A stretch of 64,000 bases of DNA from an uncultured Nitrospiraceae bacterium (GTDB lineage: Bacteria > Nitrospirota > Thermodesulfovibrionia > Thermodesulfovibrionales > Dissulfurispiraceae): assembly GCA_963705105.1 (NCBI GenBank), contig CAVPIW010000007.1:256001-320000 (forward strand). The letters are read 5' to 3'. The position numbers and the translations under genes are program-made. The notes beneath the pieces are model-generated. The model was not told where the DNA came from, searched no databases, and was given only the letters and a program-made list of their open reading frames with translations. Below are positions 29,412 through 38,467 of this stretch, piece after piece; the stretch's first letter is position 1; each line of letters opens with the position of its first letter.

Positions 29412-30860
29412 CTAATGGGCGCCCTCCCTCTTGAGGACGACACGCACCGTCTTGAAGAGGATGACGATGTCGAGCCACAGGTTCCAGTTCTTCACATACC
29501 AGGAGTCGAGGGCTATCCGGTAACTGTTGCTCGTGTTGCTCCTGCCCGAGACCTGCCAGAGGCCCGTGATGCCCGGCTTCGTCAGCAGGATTGCTTCACA
29601 TTGACCTCCGATCTCCCTGACCTCCCTCGGCAGATACGGCCTGGGTCCCACCAGGCTCATTTCGCCCCTGATCACGTTGAAGATCTGCGGCAGCTCGTCG
29701 AAAGACGTCTCCCTCAGGAACCTCCCGATCGCCGTGATGCGCGGGTCATCCCTGAGCTTCCAGTACTGTTCGAATTCCGTCCGTGCCCCGGCGTCCTTCT
29801 CGAGAAGCTCCGACAGCCTCTCCTCGGCGTCTCCATACATCGTCCTGAACTTGTAACACCGGAACGTCCTGCCTCCCTGCCCCACCCTCTTCTGGACGAA
29901 AATGGCCGACCCCTTCGAATCGAGCCTGATCAGCAGGGCGATCAGGAGCATCGGGACGAACAGCAGCGGAAGCAGAAGGATGGAAACGACGACGTCGAAA
30001 CAGCGTTTCACGAGGACATTGAGCGGCTTGGCGAGATTGTTCTTCACCTCGAGCACGATGGCCTGTTCCTGGAAGAAATGCTGGAGGCTCGTACCGAGAA
30101 CAGCGATGCCGTGCATGTCGGGGACGAAAAGGATGCGTTCCACCCTGTGCTGAAGACGGTTGATCAGGTCATGGAGCTTCTCCTTGTCCTCTCCCGGCAG
30201 GGCGATGAATACGTCTGAAATGGCGCATCTCTGCAGGTAGTTCATCACCTTGTCGAGACCGCGGCGGACCTTGATGCCGTCGATCCTCGTGCCGACGACA
30301 AGGGGATCATCATCCACGAAGCCGATGACCTCATACCCGTAATTCGGCTCCTTTTTCAGGGCCCTCATAACGAGTTTTCCCGTGTCCCCGGCCCCTATGA
30401 TAAGCACTTTACGCCTGAAAAGGCCCATCGATCTCAGGATCTTCTTCGACAGGATCCTGGCCAGCGGCAGCAGAGCGAACGCGACGCATCCCATGAGAAA
30501 AACGACGGTCCTCGAAATATGGCCGCTCAGTTGCCCGATCGAGACGATCGTGAATATCCCGATCGTCGAAAAGAAGGTCACCTTCCAGACGCCCTTGATC
30601 TCGTCCCAGAAGGAGAGGCGTTCCGTATAGAGGCCCTCGCGGTAGAAAAAGAAAAGCCATACAAGGAATATCCACCACGTCGTCATGAAACTGCCGAAGG
30701 GAAATTCCGGAGGGAAGTAGGGATAGACAAGGGGCAGGATAAAGGTTCTTATAAACACTGCGAGCTGGAAACTCATGAGGAGGCTGACGATGTCGACAAC
30801 GGCTATGGCTGCCACCTCAGAGATATACTGAAAGCGTGAGAATGCCTGAGTCTTCTTCAT
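29412..30860 (-). CDS. Undecaprenyl-phosphate hexose-phosphotransferase, WbaP family
   Basis: TM N-terminus, GAGDTG, KFRTM, DPRIT, DELPQ, GPRP, PGITGLWQ. Confidence 0.92.
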   Translation of the reverse strand: MKKTQAFSRFQYISEVAAIAVVDIVSLLMSFQLAVFIRTFILPLVYPYFPPEFPFGSFMTTWWIFLVWLFFFYREGLYTERLSFWDEIKGVWKVTFFSTIGIFTIVSIGQLSGHISRTVVFLMGCVAFALLPLARILSKKILRSMGLFRRKVLIIGAGDTGKLVMRALKKEPNYGYEVIGFVDDDPLVVGTRIDGIKVRRGLDKVMNYLQRCAISDVFIALPGEDKEKLHDLINRLQHRVERILFVPDMHGIAVLGTSLQHFFQEQAIVLEVKNNLAKPLNVLVKRCFDVVVSILLLPLLFVPMLLIALLIRLDSKGSAIFVQKRVGQGGRTFRCYKFRTMYGDAEERLSELLEKDAGARTEFEQYWKLRDDPRITAIGRFLRETSFDELPQIFNVIRGEMSLVGPRPYLPREVREIGGQCEAILLTKPGITGLWQVSGRSNTSNSYRIALDSWYVKNWNLWLDIVILFKTVRVVLKREGAH

Positions 30861-30970
30861 GGTCCTGAAAATGGAGGAGCCCGACAGGGCGCCTCCGGGC
30901 CGGAGACCCTGTTCAGCCTGCCGATTCGTCTGATGTGCTGCTGCCGGCACAGGTGTCCTGTTCAGGGAAA

Positions 30971-31951
30971 TTAACCGCCGATCTTCGACATGTCTTTCAG
31001 GTGCGAGAATCCATCCTCCCGGCCGATTGAGTGACCCTGGGGCTTGATTTCGACGGCGAGCCGGAGCATCCGCTCTATCTCCTCATCCGGGACGCCGCTC
31101 CGGAGCGGCGTCTTCAGGTCAATCTCCGTTTCAGAAAAAAGGCAGGGCCTCAGCTTCCCGTCGGCAGTCAGCCTCAGGCGGTTGCAGCTGCCGCAGAAGT
31201 GATGTGTCAAAGCGCTGATGAACCCGACGACCCCGCGGGCGTTTTCGAACCTGAAATACCGGGCCGGGCCGGCCTTGCGGACCCTGACCGGCATGAGGGG
31301 ACCGACACGGGAAAGCCTCTCCCTGATTTCCTCTATGGAGATGTATTTCTCCTCGCTCCAGAAATCGCGCGCCCCGATCGGCATGAATTCAATGAACCGG
31401 ACGTGATAGGGCAATGTCTTCGTCATGTTTGCGAAGTCCTCGATTTCATCATCGTTGAACCCGCGGATCGGGACCATGTTGATCTTGACCGGCATCAACC
31501 CCGACCTCTCCGCTTCGTCGATGCCTTCCATGACGAGGGACTTTTCCCCTCCCCTTGTCATCTCCCGGAACCGGTCGTCCCTCAGCGTGTCGAGACTGAT
31601 GTTCACTCTTCTCAGCCCTGCCGCGGCGAGGGGCCGTGCAAACTGCTTCAGGAGCATCCCGTTCGTCGTGAGGCTCACATCCTCGATGCCTTCCGTTGCA
31701 GAAACGGCTTCAATGAGGTGGACGAGATTTCGCCTGATGAGGGGCTCGCCGCCGGTGATCCGGATTTTTCTTACCCCCAGCCGGGCGGCGACGCGGACGA
31801 TACGGACGATCTCTTCATAGCTGAGGATGTGGCGATGGGAGACGGGCTTCACACCCTCGGAGGGCATGCAGTAAATGCACCGAAGGTTGCAGCGGTCGGT
31901 CACGGAGATTCTCATGTAGTCGATCACCCGCTCAAAGGAATCCCGTATCAT
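30971..31951 (-). CDS. moaA: GTP 3',8-cyclase
   Basis: CNLRCIYC, FCGSCNRLR, C-terminal IGG. Confidence 0.97.
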   Translation of the reverse strand: MIRDSFERVIDYMRISVTDRCNLRCIYCMPSEGVKPVSHRHILSYEEIVRIVRVAARLGVRKIRITGGEPLIRRNLVHLIEAVSATEGIEDVSLTTNGMLLKQFARPLAAAGLRRVNISLDTLRDDRFREMTRGGEKSLVMEGIDEAERSGLMPVKINMVPIRGFNDDEIEDFANMTKTLPYHVRFIEFMPIGARDFWSEEKYISIEEIRERLSRVGPLMPVRVRKAGPARYFRFENARGVVGFISALTHHFCGSCNRLRLTADGKLRPCLFSETEIDLKTPLRSGVPDEEIERMLRLAVEIKPQGHSIGREDGFSHLKDMSKIGG

Positions 31952-31994
31952 CGGCTTTCACCTCCGCTGGACCACTGGGTCCGCAACACTCTTC

Positions 31995-32954
31995 TCAGCT
32001 CTTCTTCTTCGGCTTCGCCTGGGGAGCGGCCTTCGGAAGGATTTCGGCGATCTTTTTCTCGGCCAGTTCAGCCTCGTGAGACTTCGGGTATTTCTCGATG
32101 AGCCGCTCGAGGATCACCTTTCCCGTCTTCTTGTCGCCCATTTCGATGAAGGAATACCCCTGCTTCAGCATGGCGCCCCTCGCCTTGTCATGGGAGGGGT
32201 ACTTCTTCAGGAACGTCTCATAGGCGAGAATGGCATCTTCATACTTCTTCTCACTGTAATACGTTTCGCCCGTCCAGAAATAGGCGTTCGGCGCCATGGC
32301 ATGCTTGGGATGGTCCTTCGTCAGTTTTTCGAATTTTGCACGGGCCTCTGCATATTTCTTGCCCTTTAAATCGGCATGGGCGTCGTCGTACATCTTCTGG
32401 GGGTCGGGCTGACCTGCGGGCGGTTTCGCCTTTGCCGCTTCACCCTCCTTGGGCTGAGGGGGCTCCGGCTTTGCCGGGATCTCCTTCTTGTCGGCCCCCG
32501 GTGCCGTCGTTCTTCCCTTGAGGTCCTTCACCTCGTTTTCGAGGGCCGTGATGCGCGACTGGTGAACATCACGCTCCGCAAGGAGCTCCTTGATGGTCTT
32601 GTCAATATAATAACGGTGCTCCTCGAACCTTCCCTTGAGGGCCTGGACCTCTTTCGAGAGGTCCGACGTTTGTGTCAGAATGTTTGATTGACCCTCTTTC
32701 ATCGCATTCAGGGAATACTCCTTTGCCACACCCTCGGTTCTTTCCTTCAGCGCGCTGATGTCCTTCGCCATGTCACGCTGGTTGTTCCTGAGCTGGGCAA
32801 GCTCCTTCTTCATCGCCTGGGACTCCACCTGGACGGACGACACGTTCGAACTGACGCTGTCCACATCGGACGTCGTGGCGCAGCCTGCCGTCATGACGGC
32901 CACCCCCAAGAGAACAAGCAGCATCAGGAAAGACCGTGAACGGACCAACGACAT
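31995..32954 (-). CDS. cpoB: Tol-Pal associated CpoB/YbgF
   Basis: Lipoprotein signal, coiled coil, C-terminal TPRs; downstream of pal. Confidence 0.88.
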   Translation of the reverse strand: MSLVRSRSFLMLLVLLGVAVMTAGCATTSDVDSVSSNVSSVQVESQAMKKELAQLRNNQRDMAKDISALKERTEGVAKEYSLNAMKEGQSNILTQTSDLSKEVQALKGRFEEHRYYIDKTIKELLAERDVHQSRITALENEVKDLKGRTTAPGADKKEIPAKPEPPQPKEGEAAKAKPPAGQPDPQKMYDDAHADLKGKKYAEARAKFEKLTKDHPKHAMAPNAYFWTGETYYSEKKYEDAILAYETFLKKYPSHDKARGAMLKQGYSFIEMGDKKTGKVILERLIEKYPKSHEAELAEKKIAEILPKAAPQAKPKKKS

Positions 32955-33559
32955 CAACGTCCCTCCTTCAGGATGACGAAATGGGCGCGGCGGTTCTTCG
33001 CCCAGCAATCCTCGGAAGCGGTGGTGCAGAAGGGTTTTTCCTCGCCGTAACTGACGGTCTCGATGCCGGCCGAGGGTATACCGAGAGCGACGAGGAACTG
33101 CTTCGCCGCCTGGGCCCTGCGGTCCCCGAGGGCGAGGTTGTATTCATTGGTCCCACGGTCGTCGCAGTGTCCTTCGACGACGACTTTCAGGCTCCTGTTC
33201 TTCGAAAGCAGAGATGCCAGTTCCTTGAGACCCGGCTTCGCATCCTCGCGGATGTCATACTTGTCATAATCGAAGAAGATGTCCTTCACCCTTTTCTGGA
33301 TTTCCTCCGGCGCTTCCTGGAGACCTTCCCGTTGGTCCGTCTGGAGCTGCCTCTCTCCTATGCCCTCCCGCTGCAGGTCCCTCGCCGTTCCCGTGTCTCC
33401 GGGAGCCGACTCTCTCCCCTCCTGTTTCATCCTGTCCGCATCCGTCTTGTCCTGAATAAGAGGCTGCTCGGGCGGCGAGGCGATCTTTCTCTGGGTGCAT
33501 CCCGTGATGATAAAAATACCCACAATGACCCAGACAATGGTAAGGAGATGTTTCATCAT
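32954..33559 (-). CDS. pal: Peptidoglycan-associated lipoprotein
   Basis: ITGC lipobox, EGHCDDRGTNEYNLALG, NRRAHF. Confidence 0.95.
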   Translation of the reverse strand: MMKHLLTIVWVIVGIFIITGCTQRKIASPPEQPLIQDKTDADRMKQEGRESAPGDTGTARDLQREGIGERQLQTDQREGLQEAPEEIQKRVKDIFFDYDKYDIREDAKPGLKELASLLSKNRSLKVVVEGHCDDRGTNEYNLALGDRRAQAAKQFLVALGIPSAGIETVSYGEEKPFCTTASEDCWAKNRRAHFVILKEGR

Positions 33560-33710
33560 TCATCCTCCGCGCTGTTTTGTTCCCGCATCGTGTCCTGAAA
33601 CACTGTGAACCGGCCGATCCGGGTGGTGCGTTATCAAGCTTAATTTAGCAGATATCACTATTCTGTGCAACAATTGACTCGTCCCAAGGAGTGAGGTATT
33701 ATTATCACAA

Positions 33711-34835
33711 ATGCACAGGAATTACCTGCATTCCCTTGTCGTCAAACTGATCCTGCTGATCGGCGGGATCATGCTCGTCGTCGGACTCGTCCTCACCTAT
33801 CTCTTTATGCGGCAGAACCCCGAGATCAGCCTCATGGAAGTGCTCCCCTACGGCATCCTGTTTATCGCAGCCCTGTCGGCCCTCCTCTGCATCGTGCTCT
33901 ATCAGGTCATCATGCGGCCCCTCGCCCTGCTCGTGGACGGGATGAACAGGCTTTCAAAGGGAGAACTCGATTACCGCATCCAGGCGGCGGGAAAAGACGA
34001 GATCGGCATGCTGGCCGAGTCGTTCAATGCCATCGCTGAACAGCTGAAACGCGACAGGGAAAAGATGGATTTCTGGACGAAGAGCCTCGAGGACGAGGTC
34101 CAGAGAAAGACCACGGAGATCGTCCGCGCCCAGGACCAGCTCATCAATGCCGAAAAGCTCGCCTCCCTCGGACGGATGGCCGCCGGCGTCGCTCACGAGA
34201 TCAACAACCCCCTGACGGGCATCATCACCTTTGCGCACCTGATGCTGAAGCGGACACCTCCCGAGAAAAAGGACGACATCGAGGACCTGGCCGTCATCAT
34301 TCAGCAGGCGGAACGGTGTTCAAAGATCATCAAGGGCCTCCTGGGATTCTCACGCAAAGCCGTCGCCGAAAAGAGGAGCGTCAGCATCAACGAGCTCATC
34401 GAAAACACCCTCACGATGGTCAAGAACCAGACGAAGTTCTACAACATCATCTTCGACATCAGGCTCGACAGGTCCCTCCCGGAGATCGTCGTCGATCCCA
34501 ACCAGATTCAGCAGGTTTTCCTCAACCTGCTTCTCAACGCCGCCGATGCGCTCGAGGAAAAAGGCACGATAACGATCGCATCGAGAGTCATTGTCGAGCG
34601 GAACAGCAGGCTGATCGAACTCGAATTCACCGATACCGGCCCGGGCATTCCGGAGGAGATACTCGGGAAGATATTCGAGCCCTTCTACACGACGAAGCCG
34701 ACGGGCAAGGGTACCGGTCTCGGCCTTGCCGTGAGCTATGGCATCATCCGGAAACACGGAGGCCAGATTTTCGTCAAGACGGCCCCGGGAAAGGGAGCGA
34801 GCTTCTTCATCCGCCTCCCCATGAGCTCCGAATAA
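33711..34835 (+). CDS. HAMP sensor histidine kinase
   Basis: TM-HAMP, AHEINNPL, N/G boxes. Confidence 0.93.
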   Translation: MHRNYLHSLVVKLILLIGGIMLVVGLVLTYLFMRQNPEISLMEVLPYGILFIAALSALLCIVLYQVIMRPLALLVDGMNRLSKGELDYRIQAAGKDEIGMLAESFNAIAEQLKRDREKMDFWTKSLEDEVQRKTTEIVRAQDQLINAEKLASLGRMAAGVAHEINNPLTGIITFAHLMLKRTPPEKKDDIEDLAVIIQQAERCSKIIKGLLGFSRKAVAEKRSVSINELIENTLTMVKNQTKFYNIIFDIRLDRSLPEIVVDPNQIQQVFLNLLLNAADALEEKGTITIASRVIVERNSRLIELEFTDTGPGIPEEILGKIFEPFYTTKPTGKGTGLGLAVSYGIIRKHGGQIFVKTAPGKGASFFIRLPMSSE

Positions 34836-34865
34836 TTTGATGTCCGCAGGACGGATGTGGTTTAA

Positions 34866-35065
34866 TCTCTCAGTCCTATGAGAAGGCGGGACAAAGTGCT
34901 CTGAAAAAAACAGTGTCAGTGTCAGTGTGAGTGTCAGCAGAAGGTTCACCTTTTTTTCAACCGTGAGCCTGACATGATCCTTATGGGAAGGCAAAGGTTT
35001 CGCAGCACCAAGACTTTTCGGCAGCTTCGGCCCGCCTTTCCGGAGTTCCCATTGCGGCAATCAGG
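34866..35065. mobile_element. Modular MITE (A+D) between kinase and response regulator
   Basis: Perfect TTAA duplication at 34862-34865 and 35066-35069. Confidence 0.85.
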
Positions 35066-35094
35066 TTAAAACCCTTCGGTGAGGTGGAACGACT

Positions 35095-35466
35095 GTGGAT
35101 AAGAAAATACGGGTGCTCGTCATCGACGACGAGGCGATCATACGCATGAGCTGCAAGAGGGCGCTCCCCAGCGATGAGTACGATGTGGATATCGTCGATT
35201 CCGGAGAGGCCGGAATCACCCTCTATGACACGCATCCCTACGACATCGTGCTCGTCGATCTCAAAATGCCCGGCATGGACGGCCTGCAGGTGCTCGAAAC
35301 GATCAAAAAGAAGAACAGCCGTCAGAAGGTGATCATTATGACCGGCTACAACACGGCCGAACTCATCGTGGAATCTCTCTCATCGGGGGCGTCTCATTTC
35401 ATCGAGAAGCCCTTTGCGCCCGATCTGCTCCATGACCGCATCAGGGAAGTGCTCGCAAGCTCGTAG
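35095..35466 (+). CDS. Single-domain response regulator
   Basis: VIDDE, DLKMP, KPF. Confidence 0.92.
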   Translation: MDKKIRVLVIDDEAIIRMSCKRALPSDEYDVDIVDSGEAGITLYDTHPYDIVLVDLKMPGMDGLQVLETIKKKNSRQKVIIMTGYNTAELIVESLSSGASHFIEKPFAPDLLHDRIREVLASS

Positions 35467-35491
35467 GCTTACCTTATGGTTAATGTATGGT

Positions 35492-35772
35492 TAATGGGGA
35501 CAGCGCCCTATTTATCTTGATCTGCAATGCACGTGATTGTTCATCAGGCAATAGGCCCAGATGCCCAGAGAATATTTCCGGCTGTATAGCGTCAGCCAAT
35601 CCAGATACCGGAGGAAATCGTCATCACTGTCAAAGACCCTCTGGCGGTAGTTGTCCCGCTGCGCGATGTGATGAGGATATCCGACTGCAACCGCTCTTGC
35701 TATTCTCGTTATGGTTCAATGCTATGGCACCACACCCCGTTTGTCAATAAATGGGCGCTGTCCCTATTTATC
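35492..35772 (-). mobile_element. Internally deleted (mini) derivative of the RAYT element
   Basis: Both end motifs of 36455-37200 present; the last few RAYT codons are fused directly to the 5' third. Confidence 0.85.
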
Positions 35773-35867
35773 CCAATGCGCGCGTGACGCGCCGCTTTTT
35801 GGCTGTTGGGGCGCGTCGTTGTCGTGGTGCAGGCAAAAAAGCGTTATTTTCGGCTTTGCAGCATTGA

Positions 35868-36152
35868 TCAAATGACACGCGGATCGCGAGCACAATGAAA
35901 GAGGCCCGCTACGATAATGTGGTCATTCTTTACCGTGAAGTAGACAGCGTAAGGGAATCTTCTGAGCAAACAACGCCGAAATTCATTATGAACTTTTCGA
36001 TAAAGGAGGGGCTGACGCGAGATATAACCGACGCAGGAATAGAACATGCGAAGGAAATCTTCGCCGAGTCCCGGTGCTTTCGTTTCGTACCAAGAAAAGC
36101 CGCTGATAGCATCATCTTCGACTTCAGGTAAGAAACGAAGAGTATATGTCAT
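35868..36152 (-). CDS. RelE/ParE toxin
   Basis: WYE...GLG.DF, RRFPYAVYF, HCARDP. Confidence 0.88.
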   Translation of the reverse strand: MTYTLRFLPEVEDDAISGFSWYETKAPGLGEDFLRMFYSCVGYISRQPLLYRKVHNEFRRCLLRRFPYAVYFTVKNDHIIVAGLFHCARDPRVI

Positions 36153-36370
36153 TTTCTCTCTTCGATTCTCGCACGAAGATCATCGAGGGAGAGGAGGATG
36201 CCAGGGACAGCCTCATATCGCTTAAGGCGTGCATCAAGCTCTGCTTTATGGCTTTCAGGCATGGGGATGGACGCTTCATCCGCAGAAATGCTATCCCACA
36301 GATCTTCGACCAGCAAAATTTTTTCAGGTATGCTCAGCTTTGAGATTTCAGGAAGGTCTTTTACTCGCAT
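36149..36370 (-). CDS. Addiction-module antitoxin
   Basis: EKILLVEDLWDSI...HKAELDARL; ATGA overlap with the toxin. Confidence 0.88.
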   Translation of the reverse strand: MRVKDLPEISKLSIPEKILLVEDLWDSISADEASIPMPESHKAELDARLKRYEAVPGILLSLDDLRARIEERK

Positions 36371-36475
36371 GAACACCTCCTTTGTTTTTATTATGTAATC
36401 CTATCATTTTGATGCTAAATTAACAACGGCTATGCGAACAGCGATCAACCGACATTAATGGGGACAGCGCCCTAT

Positions 36476-37141
36476 TTATCTTGATCTGCGCGGTCTGCCT
36501 CGCGGCAAGGCAGTCAACACCCGGCCGAGCACCTGCTCCATTTTCCTTTCAAACGCCTCATCCCCACAGGGACGACCTGTCCGTGTACACTGCCGTATCT
36601 CGTCAACTAATTCAGGTTCCTCCGTCTCCCTCAAGTATCCCGACCAATCTTTGATCCTCCCGACAAGATAGCAGTCATCAGAAAGCACAGGGTCAGCATG
36701 TCCCTTCACATGCGCCCCCGCGCTCGACCAGCGGTATTGATCCGCTTTTAAGACGATCCCGGCTTTCACCGGATTATTCTCCACATATCGCACAGCCGCA
36801 TAGAGATGCCGTTCATCCAGAACGCACGAGTAAAACCGCCCCTGCCAGAGATGTCCCCTTTGATCTTGCTTCGTGTTGATGTGCTGCGAATATCTCATAT
36901 GAAGTGTGTTGAAGGTCTTTGCCAGGGCATCATCTTCATGAGGGACGGCAATGAAGTGCACATGATTGTTCATCAGGCAATAGGCCCAGATGCTCAGAGA
37001 ATATTTCCGGCTGTATAGCGTCAGCCAATCCAGATACCGGAGGAAATCGTCATCACTGTCAAAGACCCTCTGGCGGTAGTTGCCCCGCTGCGTGATGTGG
37101 TGAGGATATCCGACTGCAACCGCTCTTGCTATTCTCGGCAT
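36476..37141 (-). CDS. REP-associated tyrosine transposase (RAYT, HUH Y1)
   Basis: HHITQRGN.RQ, AYCLMNNHVH, HLWQGRF, YVENNP, WSS; flanked by inverted GGGACAGCGCCC.ATTTAT repeats (36457-36479, 37177-37198). Confidence 0.93.
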   Translation of the reverse strand: MPRIARAVAVGYPHHITQRGNYRQRVFDSDDDFLRYLDWLTLYSRKYSLSIWAYCLMNNHVHFIAVPHEDDALAKTFNTLHMRYSQHINTKQDQRGHLWQGRFYSCVLDERHLYAAVRYVENNPVKAGIVLKADQYRWSSAGAHVKGHADPVLSDDCYLVGRIKDWSGYLRETEEPELVDEIRQCTRTGRPCGDEAFERKMEQVLGRVLTALPRGRPRRSR

Positions 37142-37206
37142 GGTTCAATGCTATGGCACCACACCCCGTTATGTCAATAAATGGGCGCTGTCCCTCTTTA
37201 TTCCCC

Positions 37207-37372
37207 GATACCGGAGGAAATCGTCATCACTGTCAAAGACCCTCTGGCGGTAGTTGCCCCGCTGCGTGATGTGGTGAGGATATCCGACTGCAACCGCTCT
37301 TGCTATTCTCGGCATAGTTCAATGCTATGGCACCACACCCCGTTATGTCAATAAATGGGCGCTGTCCCTAAT
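37207..37372 (-). mobile_element. Tandem partial duplication of the RAYT 5' end and end motif
   Basis: Near-identical to about 37033-37198. Confidence 0.85.
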
Positions 37373-37375
37373 TAT

Positions 37376-37431
37376 GCGCAGTCCCAAGCCAAGCTAGAAA
37401 TAAGTGATGCGAAGAATTGCAGCCAGTCCAT
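37376..37431 (-). pseudogene. Truncated gene-cassette ORF start
   Basis: MDWLQFFASLISSLAW begins about 20 nt after the attC core GTTAGGG and is cut by the RAYT end motif. Confidence 0.55.
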
Positions 37432-37451
37432 AGTATCCCCGTGTCTTTGGC

Positions 37452-37538
37452 CCCTAACGCAGAGTTGTGCCGCGCCGCCACCGCAACAACAGGAAACGGC
37501 GCGCCGTCCCCGGCGTCGGCACGAACGACGTGTTATGC
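37452..37538 (-). mobile_element. Integron attC site (87 bp)
   Basis: Minus strand GCATAAC-N5-GTTCGTGC...GCACAAC-N5-GTTAGGG with an extrahelical C; 3 nt after the cassette ORF stop. Confidence 0.9.
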
Positions 37539-37541
37539 CGC

Positions 37542-38111
37542 TTATTGACTTGGTTTACAGCGAGCATGCAGCGCCCTTAAGAATTTTCTTGCGCCTACCA
37601 AACAGTTCGCCACAAACTCTCGGTCAAGTTCATACCGCCCAAGAACGTTTTCTTTGCGCGGATCTTTGTATCCTTTTCGGTGTTTGAAAGCATTAATGGT
37701 TTTGCGGAGTTCCTCTACTTCCTTGCTACCGGGAAGCTCATCAAGCTTGATACTGTAGTGACTCTCTATCAGTCTGTGTAAGTCGTCTCGCTTTAAATCC
37801 CAAACCAACCGCAGTTTGTTCTTCTTCAATGGCTCCTTCGAGAAGGGCACCACTCCCAGACTGGATAGCTCCCACTCCACGAGGCTGTTTATTTCGTTTA
37901 AGGCGGCTCGCATTGCGAGACTTTCACTAGTTCGCGGACTGAAGAACGCATTGGCTTCTTCGTCTGGGTCTTTAAACCCTCCCGTTTGGGCACGCGAGAT
38001 CAGGTCTCCATACTCGCTGTCTACTGAACGGTACACCCGTTCGAGGAAGGACTTCATCTCGTTTAATTCGATATCAATTGAAATCAGCGATCCCATTTCA
38101 TGCTGAGGCAT
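37542..38111 (-). CDS. Gene-cassette ORF of unknown function, possibly HEPN-like
   Basis: Lower GC, ATG embedded in the upstream attC core (GTTATGC), LRKTINAFKHRKG motif. Confidence 0.75.
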   Translation of the reverse strand: MPQHEMGSLISIDIELNEMKSFLERVYRSVDSEYGDLISRAQTGGFKDPDEEANAFFSPRTSESLAMRAALNEINSLVEWELSSLGVVPFSKEPLKKNKLRLVWDLKRDDLHRLIESHYSIKLDELPGSKEVEELRKTINAFKHRKGYKDPRKENVLGRYELDREFVANCLVGARKFLRALHARCKPSQ

Positions 38112-38155
38112 AACAATGAGTTAAGCGGGTTCCCCGCTTGAACGATTGGTTGGGA
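38108..38155 (-). mobile_element. Minimal integron attC site (48 bp)
   Basis: Minus strand TCCCAAC-caatc-GTTCAAGC-ggggaaccc-GCTTAAC-tcatt-GTTATGC. Confidence 0.88.
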
Positions 38156-38209
38156 GTCACTCTGTCCGAATGTCAAGGGCTACCCCCTGTATTTTTCTCC
38201 TGCGGAGGA

Positions 38210-38461
38210 TCAGCGGCAAAAAGATGTTATTTGAAGTGCAGCCTCTATCGTGTCCGGCCCAAGGTCTTGACCCTCCGGCCAGCCGATACCGTTAAAGAAC
38301 AGACCCACTTGCCTGAAGTATGTCTCGTCTTCAAGTCGCTTGAAAAAATCACCTCTGATATAGGGAGTTACATCAAAGACACCGCAGACCCCGTCTGAAA
38401 AAACAATCTCGACTTTTTTCCCTTCAATGGGTTTTACGCTTGTCACTTTCTTCATCATCAC
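38210..38461 (-). CDS. DUF2442 protein (DhiA-like antitoxin)
   Basis: FSDG...FDV.PY, IGWPEGQDLGPDT. Confidence 0.85.
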   Translation of the reverse strand: MMMKKVTSVKPIEGKKVEIVFSDGVCGVFDVTPYIRGDFFKRLEDETYFRQVGLFFNGIGWPEGQDLGPDTIEAALQITSFCR

Positions 38462-38467
38462 TCCAAA

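Noticed and set aside
35773..35850. Third attC downstream of the ParE toxin
   Set aside because: There is a GACGCGCC/GGCGCGTC hairpin, but no properly spaced R and L boxes. At most a degenerate remnant.
36476..37141. RAYT as mobiliser of the CCTT...AAGG MITEs
   Set aside because: HUH enzymes do not create target duplications, and the RAYT end motif is unrelated to the MITE ends.
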